64,000 nt of DNA from a bacterium (GTDB taxonomy: Bacteria > Patescibacteriota > CPR2 > UBA1875 > JAJYID01), in the NCBI GenBank assembly GCA_030647205.1, contig JAUSJO010000002.1, positions 241,112 through 305,111 of the forward strand. The letters are read 5' to 3'. Below, in pieces: positions 9,593 through 19,167 of this stretch. The notes under the pieces are model-generated. The model saw only the letters and a program-made list of their open reading frames with translations, did no database searches and was not told the DNA's origin. Within the stretch, counting starts at the first letter, position 1. Each line of letters starts with the position of its first letter. The position numbers and the translations under genes are program-made.

Positions 9593-9925
9593 ATGGCAAC
9601 ACCAGAAGAAATGATACCTAGTGAAATTAGCGGTTCTGAAGAAACTGAAGTCGAGGGTAATATACCGGAGCTTCATGTGGTCAAGGATACTAGGGGGGTT
9701 GAAAAAACGGAAGGAGAGTCCCTTTCAGGAAAAATAGAGGAATATAATATTCAGGGGCCAACACAAGGAGGAGAAGAAAGAAGAGCGGAGCAGGCAAGGG
9801 TAGAAAAAGAAGCGCGGCAGAAGGCAGACAATGAGTTCGTTACTAAAGTGGCAGAATCTGATCGTAAGGACGCCAGGGAGAGAGGCATATTTAGAAAGAT
9901 ATTAGGCCTTAAACCGAAGAAATAA
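9593..9925 (+). CDS. hypothetical highly charged, low-complexity protein
   Basis: RBS aaaggag 7 nt upstream of the ATG at 9593. It fills the otherwise empty 375-bp gap between miaB and miaA on the opposite strand. The track ORF 9461.. begins inside miaA, so the internal Met is preferred. Confidence 0.4.
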   Translation: MATPEEMIPSEISGSEETEVEGNIPELHVVKDTRGVEKTEGESLSGKIEEYNIQGPTQGGEERRAEQARVEKEARQKADNEFVTKVAESDRKDARERGIFRKILGLKPKK

Positions 9926-11273
9926 TTTTTCCTTTTAGCAACCAAGCGGAAGGTCCAACAATTTCAACTTTGACAAACTGACCCATAAGGTCGGTTTGTT
10001 TTTTTGGGACCTCAACGACTTTGTAGCTATCTGTCCGACCGTAGTATTTGTTATTTTTTTCTGAATCGATAAGGGTTCTAAAATCTTTGCCGGCTAGCTT
10101 TTTATTTTCTTTTTCGAGTATTGTCTTTTGAATGTTCGTAAGCTCCCTCCAGCGTTTTTCTTTTTCCTCTTTTGGGATATTGTCTTTCATTTTTTCGGCA
10201 ACTGTCCCGGGGCGGGGAGAATACTTGGCAATGAAGGGCATAGAAAAACAGACTTCTTCCATAACTTTCTTCGTTTGCTCAAAATCTTCTTCCGATTCGT
10301 CTGGAAAGCCGACGATGATATCGGTGGTGATAGATACATCCGGTATAGCTTTTTTGATTTTCTCCACCAGCTTAAGGTATTGTTTTTGAGTGTAGTGGCG
10401 GTTCATGGCTTTTAGTATCCTGTCGCTGCCGGATTGCAGGGGCAGATGAATATAGTGTGGAAAATGTCGCAGTTTTGATAAAGTTTTAATCAGTTCGTCC
10501 GACATATCTTTTGGATGATTAGAGTAGAAATAGACGCGATAGTCGCCGGGGATTTCGTCAATTTTTCTGAGTAAATCAGGGAAAGTGGCGCCGTTTTTCA
10601 GGTCATTTCCGTAGGAGTTTACATTTTGACCGAGCAGGGTGATTTCTCTATAGCCGTTTTTTGTTAGTTCTTTGACTTCGGCGATTATTTCACCTATCGG
10701 TCTTGAAATTTCACGACCGCGAGTATAAGGAACGGCACAGTAGGTGCAGAAGTTGTCGCAGCCGGTGGAGATTGGAATATATGCTTTAAATGTTGACTCG
10801 TACTTCGGATGGATTTGGAAGAAACTATTAGGTCTTGTCATTTCGACCGACTTCGCGGAGCGACGAGTGGAGAAATCCCTTTCTCTAGAATTTTTAAGAG
10901 ATCCCTCGGCGGAGTTTATCCGTTCCGAAGGCGGGTTCGGGATGACAGAGAGGAGGTCAGATAATTTCTCAATTTCATTTATCTCAAATATTAGATCAAA
11001 GAATTTGCTCATTTTCTTTTTATCTTCGGCTAGGACGCAGCCGGACAGCACTGTTGTTAGCGGTCTACTCTTCCGTATATCTTCCCACTCTTTGATTTTT
11101 CCATAAATCCGGTTGATGCCGGACTGCCTGACGCTGCAAGCAACAGTAACGACAAGATCAGCCTCAGATTCTTTTTTTGTTTCTTCATATCCTGCATCAC
11201 AAAGAACGGATGCGATACGCTCTGCATCCGAGAAGTTCATGGCACATCCCAAAGCCCAGATATAGTATTTCAT
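9909..11273 (-). CDS. miaB: tRNA-i6A37 methylthiotransferase MiaB (radical SAM plus TRAM)
   Basis: MTTase N domain, radical-SAM CDNFCTYCAVPYTRG, and a C-terminal TRAM domain. Lies next to miaA. Confidence 0.9.
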   Translation of the reverse strand: MKYYIWALGCAMNFSDAERIASVLCDAGYEETKKESEADLVVTVACSVRQSGINRIYGKIKEWEDIRKSRPLTTVLSGCVLAEDKKKMSKFFDLIFEINEIEKLSDLLSVIPNPPSERINSAEGSLKNSRERDFSTRRSAKSVEMTRPNSFFQIHPKYESTFKAYIPISTGCDNFCTYCAVPYTRGREISRPIGEIIAEVKELTKNGYREITLLGQNVNSYGNDLKNGATFPDLLRKIDEIPGDYRVYFYSNHPKDMSDELIKTLSKLRHFPHYIHLPLQSGSDRILKAMNRHYTQKQYLKLVEKIKKAIPDVSITTDIIVGFPDESEEDFEQTKKVMEEVCFSMPFIAKYSPRPGTVAEKMKDNIPKEEKEKRWRELTNIQKTILEKENKKLAGKDFRTLIDSEKNNKYYGRTDSYKVVEVPKKQTDLMGQFVKVEIVGPSAWLLKGKIISSV

Positions 11274-11290
11274 AGAGGTCTATTTTAGCA
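11250..11290. repeat. direct repeat copy 1 (~40 bp) covering the miaB start codon region
   Basis: aaagcccagatatagtatttcatagaggtctattttagca. It is 38/40 identical to copy 2 at 12966..13005. Confidence 0.8.
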
Positions 11291-11381
11291 TGAACAAGGC
11301 ATAAATTAAAGAAAACGTCTTGACGCCAAAACATTTATGTTTAAAAATGTTTCTGTAAAAGAAAAATAAGAGGAGTTATAA

Positions 11382-12980
11382 ATGAAAAAACTGAATCTAG
11401 GGCCGACAGACAGACTGCACGAACATTTATCAGGTAAATCCGCTAGTTATAAAAGCTGGCACACAAGAAAGATACATCATTTTGTGCATTGGGGAGTACT
11501 AATCTTGATTGTTATTTCCTATTCATTATTGTTAGTGTCTCCAGGGAAAGATAACAAAGTACAAGCACTAACGGGCGGCTATCCTCCGAGTTATTTCCAA
11601 GAAAGCTGGGCTGGTGGAGTGAGCGGAGAAACAGCCATCTTGTCTCAGATATCAGCTTGGACAAAATATAGTTCATCCACGAATCTTACGGTTGGGGATG
11701 ATCTCAATAGAATGACAGGCAGTGGTCCGAGTGAGCTTATTTCGAGCCCCATAAATCTAGAAGGAAAAGAAATTCATTTTATGGGAGGCTCAGTATGTGG
11801 CACTGAGTATGGAGGTCACATATATGGCCGAACTGCAAGTACGGTAGGTGGCTTAAGCGGTGCTTCTTGGGTTGAATATACCCCTTCTAGTGGTGGCTAT
11901 CTTCATGAAAACTATTTCCAATACAGGGTATCTCTTTCGGATCCATGCAATGCGGCGCAGAGTATAGGTCTATATGTTAGTCATGCAATAATAGGTGGGA
12001 CTGTCAAAGATAGTGGTACAGGCCAAGTGCTTCTGAAATATACTGTCTCCGGCCCAACCTGTGATACTGGCAATTTTGATTACACGGGTGGTGGTGGAAT
12101 GGGAGAGCCTGGATCCTACTTTATATACTGTGATTATTTTGTGGGAGAAACTTCAAAGACAGTCACAATTACTGCTCCTGGATATACGGCGGTAACAAAA
12201 AATATTCCAATAACGCAGAAAAATTGGAGCTTAGCAGGAATGACTGCAAGCCAAATGAAAACCTCTACGCAGTACGCAGGGCAAGCGGCCTTTCAGCACG
12301 CTGTAGATTCGGCAAGTTATAGTGCGGAAAGCTCTTTTAATCTTCAGGCCACAGCTTCTTCCGGGTCGAGTCCAACACCTAGCACGGGTACTACTACAGG
12401 CACCACGACAAGTAATAGTTCGAAAAAAGGTACAGCGATCAATTATGAAAACCTGAAAATATCAAATACGGTACCAAAACCAGAGCTCCTGGTTATATTA
12501 GCGGGTGATAAAAAATTAGAAGGTGATAAAGTACAAGGAAGCAACTTTAAGAAAGGCCAAAAAATAGTTTTTTCTGGGAAAGCCGTACCTAATGGTAAAG
12601 TGCTTTTGTTCTTCCAGTCTGATCCATTTGAAGATGTTGCTACCGCCGATAAAGATGGCAACTGGAGCTATGAACTAACTCAAGATTTGGGGGAAGGGGA
12701 ACATAGTTTACAAATAGCTGTTACTGACCCAACCACAAATCTTACAAGTGAGAAAAGTGCTCCGGTTAAGTTTGTCCTCGTTGCGGAGGCAAAAGCCGTT
12801 ACCGTGCAGACTAAAGACCCTCAGAAAAAGCCTAGCCATCCATTATATTTTTACCTCCTCGGAGGGTTTGCGGCGATTATCTTAGTTGCCGGAGGTATTG
12901 AGTGCTACTTATTCTTCGTCAAAGGTAAAGGTTTCTTATTGAAGAGAGTTATTAAAAAAGAAAACAAAGCCCAGATATAG
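11382..12980 (+). CDS. hypothetical cell-surface protein with an N-terminal signal anchor and a C-terminal TM anchor
   Basis: RBS aagaggag. N-terminal TM helix, a Thr/Ser/Gly-rich stretch (PTPSTGTTTGTTTSNSS) and a C-terminal hydrophobic anchor. The last codons KAQI* come from direct-repeat copy 2. Confidence 0.6.
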   Translation: MKKLNLGPTDRLHEHLSGKSASYKSWHTRKIHHFVHWGVLILIVISYSLLLVSPGKDNKVQALTGGYPPSYFQESWAGGVSGETAILSQISAWTKYSSSTNLTVGDDLNRMTGSGPSELISSPINLEGKEIHFMGGSVCGTEYGGHIYGRTASTVGGLSGASWVEYTPSSGGYLHENYFQYRVSLSDPCNAAQSIGLYVSHAIIGGTVKDSGTGQVLLKYTVSGPTCDTGNFDYTGGGGMGEPGSYFIYCDYFVGETSKTVTITAPGYTAVTKNIPITQKNWSLAGMTASQMKTSTQYAGQAAFQHAVDSASYSAESSFNLQATASSGSSPTPSTGTTTGTTTSNSSKKGTAINYENLKISNTVPKPELLVILAGDKKLEGDKVQGSNFKKGQKIVFSGKAVPNGKVLLFFQSDPFEDVATADKDGNWSYELTQDLGEGEHSLQIAVTDPTTNLTSEKSAPVKFVLVAEAKAVTVQTKDPQKKPSHPLYFYLLGGFAAIILVAGGIECYLFFVKGKGFLLKRVIKKENKAQI

Positions 12981-13005
12981 CATTTCATAGAGGTCTAGTT
13001 TAGCA
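12966..13005. repeat. direct repeat copy 2, containing an orphan miaB-like start on the minus strand
   Basis: aaagcccagatatagcatttcatagaggtctagtttagca. On the minus strand it would start a 27-codon remnant MKCYIWAL..., compared with MKYYIWAL in genuine MiaB. Confidence 0.8.
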
Positions 13006-13035
13006 GAAAAGCCACGTTTTTTGAAGAATGTTGGC

Positions 13036-14181
13036 TTATTTGCGTTTGCCCATTTTATCGAAATCTTTTAGTGCATTCGCTATTGTTGGGACGAGGTCTT
13101 TTTCAAAGATTGAAGGAATAATCTTTTCTTCTGTTGGATTCTTTACCATTTCGGCGATGGCTTTTGCAACGGCGAGCTTGATTGCCGGTGTAACTTTGCG
13201 AATTTCATTATCGAGAAGTCCGCGGAAAAGGCCGGGGAATACCAGGGCGTTATTTATCTGGTTTGGAAAGTCACTTCGGCCCGTGGCAATGATTTTTGCT
13301 CCGCCTTTTTTGGCCTCATCCGGCATGATCTCAGGGATAGGATTTGCCATCGCAAAAACTATTGGGTTCTTATTCATTTTCTTTATATCATCAGCTGTGA
13401 ACTGACCCGGTTTTGATACGCCAATCAGAATATCAGCTCCCTTGAGGGCAAGATTGCAGCTCCCGATAGGGCAGGAGGCAGAACTTTTTTCTAAAATTTC
13501 TTTCTTATAACCATTTCCATTTGTGCTGTCTTCTGAAATCACACCCCTGGAGTCGCACATACAAATATTGCTGAAACCGTACTCAAACAAAAGATTTGTG
13601 ATAGCTATGCCTGCTGCACCAGCGCCGGATATTACAATTTTTACGCCCGTGTCCTTGCCGACAACTTTCAGAGCATTTACTAGTCCCGCCAAAACGACTA
13701 TTGCCGTGCCGTGCTGATCGTCATGGAAGACAGGGATGTCTAGTTCTTCAGTTAAGCGTCTTTCGATTTCAAAACAGCGTGGAGCTGAAATGTCCTCAAG
13801 ATTTATCCCGCCGAAAGATGGCGCCAGGTATTTTACCGTTTTGATAATTTCCTCAGTATCCTGGGTGTCGAGGCAGATTGGCACAGCATTTATCTCTGCG
13901 AATTGGGCGAAGATAGCGCATTTGCCTTCCATCACCGGCATGGCGGCTTCCGGTCCGATATTGCCAAGGCCCAAAACTGCACTGCCGTCTGACACGACAG
14001 GCACGGTGTTCCACTTCCCGGTCAGATTATTTACTTCAGATTTATTTTTAGCAATTGTATCCGAGGCTTTGGCAACGCCTGGAGTATAGGCGATCGGAAG
14101 AGTTTCTTCATTTAGCTCTATTTTTGAGGTGATAACGATTTTGCCTCTTAAATCCTGATGCATTTTGATTGGATCTTTCAT
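13036..14181 (-). CDS. NAD(P)-dependent malic enzyme
   Basis: IAYTPGVAKAS..., GTAIVVLAGLVNALKVVGK and ISGAGAAGIAI (Rossmann) match the malic enzyme family. Confidence 0.85.
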   Translation of the reverse strand: MKDPIKMHQDLRGKIVITSKIELNEETLPIAYTPGVAKASDTIAKNKSEVNNLTGKWNTVPVVSDGSAVLGLGNIGPEAAMPVMEGKCAIFAQFAEINAVPICLDTQDTEEIIKTVKYLAPSFGGINLEDISAPRCFEIERRLTEELDIPVFHDDQHGTAIVVLAGLVNALKVVGKDTGVKIVISGAGAAGIAITNLLFEYGFSNICMCDSRGVISEDSTNGNGYKKEILEKSSASCPIGSCNLALKGADILIGVSKPGQFTADDIKKMNKNPIVFAMANPIPEIMPDEAKKGGAKIIATGRSDFPNQINNALVFPGLFRGLLDNEIRKVTPAIKLAVAKAIAEMVKNPTEEKIIPSIFEKDLVPTIANALKDFDKMGKRK

Positions 14182-14199
14182 TTTTTATACCTTGGTTCC

Positions 14200-15063
14200 T
14201 TATTTTAGTTTGTCCAGTTCTTCAAATATTTTCTTGATCAAGATATCCGCATCCGGAAGATCTATCTGTCCCATTGAGTTGTATGGGTCGTAGCGCCCAT
14301 GATCATCGTTGCCAAATGTGATGATGTATCCGTTTTTGTCAGCAAATTCTCTATAGTACTTCGTCTGTTCTTTTGAGTGTTTCCAAGAGTAAACCTCTAT
14401 ACCTTTTAGTCCATTTTTTCGTAGCTCACTAGCGATGTGTTCAAAGTCATCAAACTTGTCGATATCAAGTCCGGGGTGAGCCAGAGAGGCAAACCCACCG
14501 GCATTTCTAATAAGTTCCACCGCTTTAATACCCGAAGGGCTGGATAGGTTTATATATGCCTTACCTTTTGGCCACAGATATTCTTTTTCGATTTCTTTAG
14601 CGGAGGAAGCCAACTTATGGTTTCTCTCATCTTCCATCAGTACTGTCGTGATCTGCAGTCTTCTAAGAGGCTTAGTCTGTTTTTCTTGTTCTTCGGCGAG
14701 ACGATCCCGGTTGATATGGAAACCAAAAGAGGCAAGCTTGTCATAAAAGAGCTCATTTCTGTTTGCTCTGTTTGTATATGTTTTTGCGATCTCTTCTTTG
14801 AGTGCTTTATTCTCAAAATCGATGCCATAGCCAAGTATGTGCAAACGGTTTCCTTCAAAGTCGCAAGTGACCTCAACTCCCGGAATCGCCTGTATTCCGG
14901 CTTTTTTAGATTTTTCGAGAAATTCTTTTTGTCCCGCCATCGTGTCATGGTCAGTGAGCGCCAAAACTTTCATGCCGATTTTTTTAGCATGGGCGAGGAT
15001 CTCGTCCACATTCCACTCTCCATCAGAGTATGTGGAGTGAAAATGCAAGTCGTATGGAATCAT
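14200..15063 (-). CDS. PHP-domain metal-dependent phosphoesterase
   Basis: N-terminus DLHFHSTYSDGEW...LALTDHDT is a PHP signature. The start overlaps the thrS stop. Confidence 0.75.
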   Translation of the reverse strand: MIPYDLHFHSTYSDGEWNVDEILAHAKKIGMKVLALTDHDTMAGQKEFLEKSKKAGIQAIPGVEVTCDFEGNRLHILGYGIDFENKALKEEIAKTYTNRANRNELFYDKLASFGFHINRDRLAEEQEKQTKPLRRLQITTVLMEDERNHKLASSAKEIEKEYLWPKGKAYINLSSPSGIKAVELIRNAGGFASLAHPGLDIDKFDDFEHIASELRKNGLKGIEVYSWKHSKEQTKYYREFADKNGYIITFGNDDHGRYDPYNSMGQIDLPDADILIKKIFEELDKLK

Positions 15064-16811
15064 TCTTTCTCTTTGATTTCTTTTGTAAGTTTTTCAATCA
15101 ATTTTTTGGTATCAATTTGTCCAAGGTCGCCGTTTTTTCGAGAGCGGACGGCTATTTTCTTTGATTTAACTTCTTTTTCGCCGAGAACTAGCATGTAGGG
15201 AATTTTTTGCATCTCTGCATTTCTGATTTTTTTACCAACAGACTCGTCTGAATCATCGAGCTCCACCCTTAGATCCGCATTCTTTAATTCTGACTCAACT
15301 CCGCGGGCAAACTTCTCAAACTTTTCTGAAACAGGGATTACTTTTACCTGAACGGGAGCCAGCCAGAGAGGGAAGTTTCCATTGTAATGTTCTGTTAAGA
15401 TGCCGATAAATCTTTCCAGAGAACCGAAAATAGCCGCATGAATCATAACCGGAGTTTTTTTACTGCCATTCTCTGCGATATATTCAAGGCCGAATCTTTC
15501 AGGAAGCTGGAAGTCCAGCTGGATTGTCGCAAGCTGCCACTTTCTGCCCAGTGCATCCTCGATGTCTATATCTATTTTAGGTCCATAAAAGGCGCCATCA
15601 TTTTCTTTGGTCTCATAGGATATTTTTTCTTTTCTTAATGCATTTTCAAGATTTTTTTCTGCCTTATCCCAGTCCTTCTTTTCTCCCATGAAGTTGTCCG
15701 GACGAGTAGAGAAGTAGAACTGCGGTTTGATGTCAAAAATTTTATAATACTCTTTGACCATTTTGATCAGGGTTTCGATCTCGCTCTCAACTTGCTCTTT
15801 GGTGCAGAAGATGTGGGCATCGTCTTGGGTTATATGTCTAACTCGGAACAGTCCGTTTAGCTGCCCTGACTTTTCATTTCTTAAAACTCTCCCGATTTCT
15901 GTGTATCTGACGGGTAAGTCTCTGTATGATCTGAGTTTTTCTTGGTAAATTTTAATGTTAAATGGGCAGTCCATGGGCTTTAAGACATAGGTTTCTTTCT
16001 CGACTTTGAAATGGAACATGTCCTCTTTGTAGTGGTCCCAATGGCCTGAGGTTTTCCAGAGAGTATTCTTAGCGAGTATCGGAGTCTGGATTTCTTCATT
16101 GCCATATTTTTTGCGGACAGATTTTCCCAAGGATTCAAGCTCGTTCCAAATAATCATGCCTTTTGGATGCCAGAAGGCACTTCCCGGGGCCTCCGCATGG
16201 AATGAAAAGAGGTCAAGAGCTTGGCCAATCTTTTTGTGGTCTCTGTTTCGTGCTTCCTCCAGGTTTTTCAGATATTCGTCAAGTTCTTGCTGGGTTTCAA
16301 ACGCATAGGCGTAGATGCGCTGGAGCATTTTGTTTTTTTCATCACCCTTCCAGTAAGCGCCTGCGGTATGTGAAAGTTTGAATATACCGAGTTTATTGGT
16401 TGAGTCGACATGCGGACCTTCACAGAGGTCAATAAACTCACCCGTTTTATAAAAACTGACTGATTTCTTGCCCCGAGAGTTTGGGGTGTTGCCTGCTTTT
16501 TCTAAGTCTTTGATTAGTTCTGTTTTATAAGGCTGATTGGCTTTCTTCGCAATTTTTAACGCCTCAGTTATTGGGACATCCTGACGCTCAAATTTCAAAT
16601 TCTGTTTTACAATGTGTTTCATTTTCTTTTCGAGAAGCGGTAAATCCTCAGGAATTAAAGTTCTCGGAAGATCAAAGTCATAGTAAAAACCATTATCTAT
16701 TGCAGGACCGATGGCGAGTTTGCCTTCCGGGAACATATCTAAAACTGCCATTGCCAGCACGTGGCTTAGGCTGTGGCGCATAACTTCTAAATTATTTTTT
16801 TCTTTTGCCAT
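15060..16811 (-). CDS. thrS: threonyl-tRNA synthetase (lacks the N-terminal TGS domain)
   Basis: Class II aaRS core with the ThrRS editing/second-additional-domain start MRHSLSHVLA and a C-terminal anticodon-binding domain. Confidence 0.9.
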   Translation of the reverse strand: MAKEKNNLEVMRHSLSHVLAMAVLDMFPEGKLAIGPAIDNGFYYDFDLPRTLIPEDLPLLEKKMKHIVKQNLKFERQDVPITEALKIAKKANQPYKTELIKDLEKAGNTPNSRGKKSVSFYKTGEFIDLCEGPHVDSTNKLGIFKLSHTAGAYWKGDEKNKMLQRIYAYAFETQQELDEYLKNLEEARNRDHKKIGQALDLFSFHAEAPGSAFWHPKGMIIWNELESLGKSVRKKYGNEEIQTPILAKNTLWKTSGHWDHYKEDMFHFKVEKETYVLKPMDCPFNIKIYQEKLRSYRDLPVRYTEIGRVLRNEKSGQLNGLFRVRHITQDDAHIFCTKEQVESEIETLIKMVKEYYKIFDIKPQFYFSTRPDNFMGEKKDWDKAEKNLENALRKEKISYETKENDGAFYGPKIDIDIEDALGRKWQLATIQLDFQLPERFGLEYIAENGSKKTPVMIHAAIFGSLERFIGILTEHYNGNFPLWLAPVQVKVIPVSEKFEKFARGVESELKNADLRVELDDSDESVGKKIRNAEMQKIPYMLVLGEKEVKSKKIAVRSRKNGDLGQIDTKKLIEKLTKEIKEKE

Positions 16812-16947
16812 CTCTCTTGATTTACTAAATTATTATAACAAAAAATTACCTTTGTTGAAACTGAAAATTTAGATTAAGATACATTGGAAAATAGAGTCTC
16901 CACTGGTAACATGAGAACTAAGAAAAATAATTGAAAGGAGAAGATGT

Positions 16948-17328
16948 ATGAAAAAACCAATGGTTGCGCTTATTGTTGTGATCCTCCTAGCTGCCGGAGT
17001 GGGCGCTTATTTTCTCTTGGGTTCCAGCTACAAGCAGAAAAGTCCGGAAGTGAAGTTGCCCAGTGAACAGACAAATGTGCCGAAAGAAAAAAATACTATT
17101 AGCATTAAAGATTTTGTATTTAATCCCGACACTTTGACAGTGAAAGTCGGTGATATTGTAACTTGGAGAAATGATGACGGGGTAGTGCACAGTATTAAAT
17201 CCACCGACTTCAGTTCGCCGAATATAAAGAATGGAGATACTTTTAAATTCCAATTTGTAAAGGCGGGTACGTATGAGTATAACTGTGGAATACATCCTTA
17301 CATGAAGGGCAAGGTTGTGGTAGAATAA
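16948..17328 (+). CDS. secreted cupredoxin-like (type 1 copper) protein
   Basis: Signal/TM N-terminus. C-terminal copper ligand spacing CGIHPYMKG (Cys-x2-His-x2-Met) plus an upstream His in VVHSI. Confidence 0.7.
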   Translation: MKKPMVALIVVILLAAGVGAYFLLGSSYKQKSPEVKLPSEQTNVPKEKNTISIKDFVFNPDTLTVKVGDIVTWRNDDGVVHSIKSTDFSSPNIKNGDTFKFQFVKAGTYEYNCGIHPYMKGKVVVE

Positions 17329-17332
17329 GCTT

Positions 17333-17557
17333 ATGATTCATAGTATCGCTTATCATATGATTTACGGAAAGCCGCTCATAGCGTATATGGGTATTTTGAC
17401 TTTGTCATCACTCCTTTTTACCGCTTTTATTTCCGTTTCAAATGTAAAATTCAACTATCACTTGATTCCATTTAAGTGGCATCCGAGAGTGGCGGCTGTG
17501 ACCATAACTTTAGCACTAGTTCATGCAACTCTTGGTGTCGGATCATATTTTTTCTAA
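17333..17557 (+). CDS. small hypothetical membrane protein (2 TM, His-containing)
   Basis: 74-aa ORF starting 5 bp after the cupredoxin gene. Hydrophobic. No family assigned. Confidence 0.4.
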   Translation: MIHSIAYHMIYGKPLIAYMGILTLSSLLFTAFISVSNVKFNYHLIPFKWHPRVAAVTITLALVHATLGVGSYFF

Positions 17558-17576
17558 AATCAAAAAGGAGAGCATA

Positions 17577-17909
17577 ATGATAAAAAAACATGTAGAAGGA
17601 TTCAGAGAGTTTATTATTGAAAATGGCGTAGTCGGTCTTGCTATAGGTTTTGTTTTGGCAGGAGCGGTCACAAAGCTTGTGGCAGCACTTGTGACTGATA
17701 TGATCAACCCGTTCGTTGGTCTTATCCTCGGACAAACTAAAGGCATTGAGAAGCTGACTTTTCACGTTGGTTCCGCAACCATCTTACTCGGAAGTTTCAT
17801 AAGCGCGATTATCGATTTCACAATCGTTGCGCTGGTAGTATACTTTGGATATAAGTGGCTAAAACTTGAGAAGCTAAAGAAACAAGACGAAGAGAAAAAG
17901 AAGAAATAA
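17577..17909 (+). CDS. mscL: large-conductance mechanosensitive channel MscL
   Basis: FREFIIENGVVGLAIGFVLAGAVTKLVAALVTDMINPFVG matches MscL TM1 and the following loop. The internal Met start has an RBS aaaggaga. Confidence 0.8.
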   Translation: MIKKHVEGFREFIIENGVVGLAIGFVLAGAVTKLVAALVTDMINPFVGLILGQTKGIEKLTFHVGSATILLGSFISAIIDFTIVALVVYFGYKWLKLEKLKKQDEEKKKK

Positions 17910-17928
17910 AACAGAAAATTGGGAAACA

Positions 17929-17954
17929 AAAAGAGCACTTAAGTGCTCTTTTTA
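17929..17954. terminator. bidirectional rho-independent terminator
   Basis: aaagagcactt/aagtgctcttt stem followed by a T run. Sits between the convergent mscL and the 339-aa gene. Confidence 0.6.
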
Positions 17955-17968
17955 AGTCAGTCTAATAT

Positions 17969-18988
17969 TTATTTTAAGCATTCTATGAGTTCTGTCAGAT
18001 CTATTTTTAGTGGTTCCTGATCGTTGTATATCCACATCTTTTCTCGAATGATCTTGCCCTGAAATTTATCACCTAGTTTTTCTCTAATCTTTTCACTATC
18101 AATATTTTTTTCTTTGAGAGTTACCGCGAAGCTTTTGTCTGGAGTGAAGTTGACTATGCCGTCATATTTTACATAAGCAGCTGAAGCGCCGACACGAAGT
18201 TCATTTCCTTCATTTATGAGTATTTTTCCGTATTCGGTTTCAACAACCTTGCCTTCACTTGCCATACTTTCCATTTTCTTCATTGCATCATCAACTATCT
18301 TTTGTTGGTTTTCTGCAACTTCGCGTAGTCCATAGTCCTCAAACTCCTCAGGAGTCAGCTCGTCAAGTGGAGACTCATGTTTGGTGAAGTAGGAAAGAAG
18401 TTTGTTAAAGTCGAGATGCCTTTGGACTCCTATGATAGTTTTCCCGCTTCTTAAGAATTCTGCTTGTGGGATTAACCTATTGTCCATTTTCGTTACAAAA
18501 TCGACCGTTCTATCCAGAGATTCACTTCTCTCGAGTAGTTTCAAGTCGGCTAAGACGTTGTACATGATTTCTGCTGAGGAAGTAATGGTTTTGTTCTCAG
18601 AAGTATGATGATCGAATATTGCCGTATCCGTTTCTTTGTCATAGCTGACTCCCAGTTTATCTCCAGTATCAAAGTTTATCCTTCCTTCTTCGACTGTTCC
18701 CGGTTTGATATATTTTATATCAGAAGCATCTATGCCAGCTTTCTCTAGAAGTTCTATAGTGGTTCTACCATCCAAGTCTGTGTAAGGCTGTAATTTTCTT
18801 CCTCCTGATTCCTCGTCATAGGCCATAACGCCGGAAACGGCAAACTCTTTCCAGAGTTCCCGGGTTTTCCTACTAAATCTTTCATCTCCTTCTTTTTCGG
18901 TGAGAGCATTTAGTTCATCGTAGGAGCCTATCTTATTGAGAGTAATCTCGGCTGCATTTCTAGAATTTGCGAATTCTTTTGATTCCAT
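17969..18988 (-). CDS. hypothetical protein, possibly a DHH-family phosphoesterase-like
   Basis: YTDLDG and IFDHHTS resemble DHH motifs I and III, but the rest is divergent. Functional call is weak. Confidence 0.5.
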   Translation of the reverse strand: MESKEFANSRNAAEITLNKIGSYDELNALTEKEGDERFSRKTRELWKEFAVSGVMAYDEESGGRKLQPYTDLDGRTTIELLEKAGIDASDIKYIKPGTVEEGRINFDTGDKLGVSYDKETDTAIFDHHTSENKTITSSAEIMYNVLADLKLLERSESLDRTVDFVTKMDNRLIPQAEFLRSGKTIIGVQRHLDFNKLLSYFTKHESPLDELTPEEFEDYGLREVAENQQKIVDDAMKKMESMASEGKVVETEYGKILINEGNELRVGASAAYVKYDGIVNFTPDKSFAVTLKEKNIDSEKIREKLGDKFQGKIIREKMWIYNDQEPLKIDLTELIECLK

Positions 18989-19025
18989 TTATTTCTCCTT
19001 ATGTAGAAAATATTTTGGTGCCGCG

Positions 19026-19049
19026 GAGAGGACTCGAAGCAGTATCACT
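19026..19049. repeat. 23-24 nt duplicate of the 3' end of tRNA-Leu (att-site-like remnant)
   Basis: tggtgccgcggagaggactcgaa is identical to the 3' end of the intact tRNA-Leu 142 bp away. The flanking sequence does not fold as a tRNA. Confidence 0.7.
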
Positions 19050-19167
19050 GCTTTTTAAGTTTCTTCCTCGATACTTATGTTATTTTGGGATTCTTTTTAT
19101 AAAATTAAGAAATTATTTTCCTAGGCAGTTACAGAGGTTCTCGCCACCTCCTTGCAAACAATTTCTT

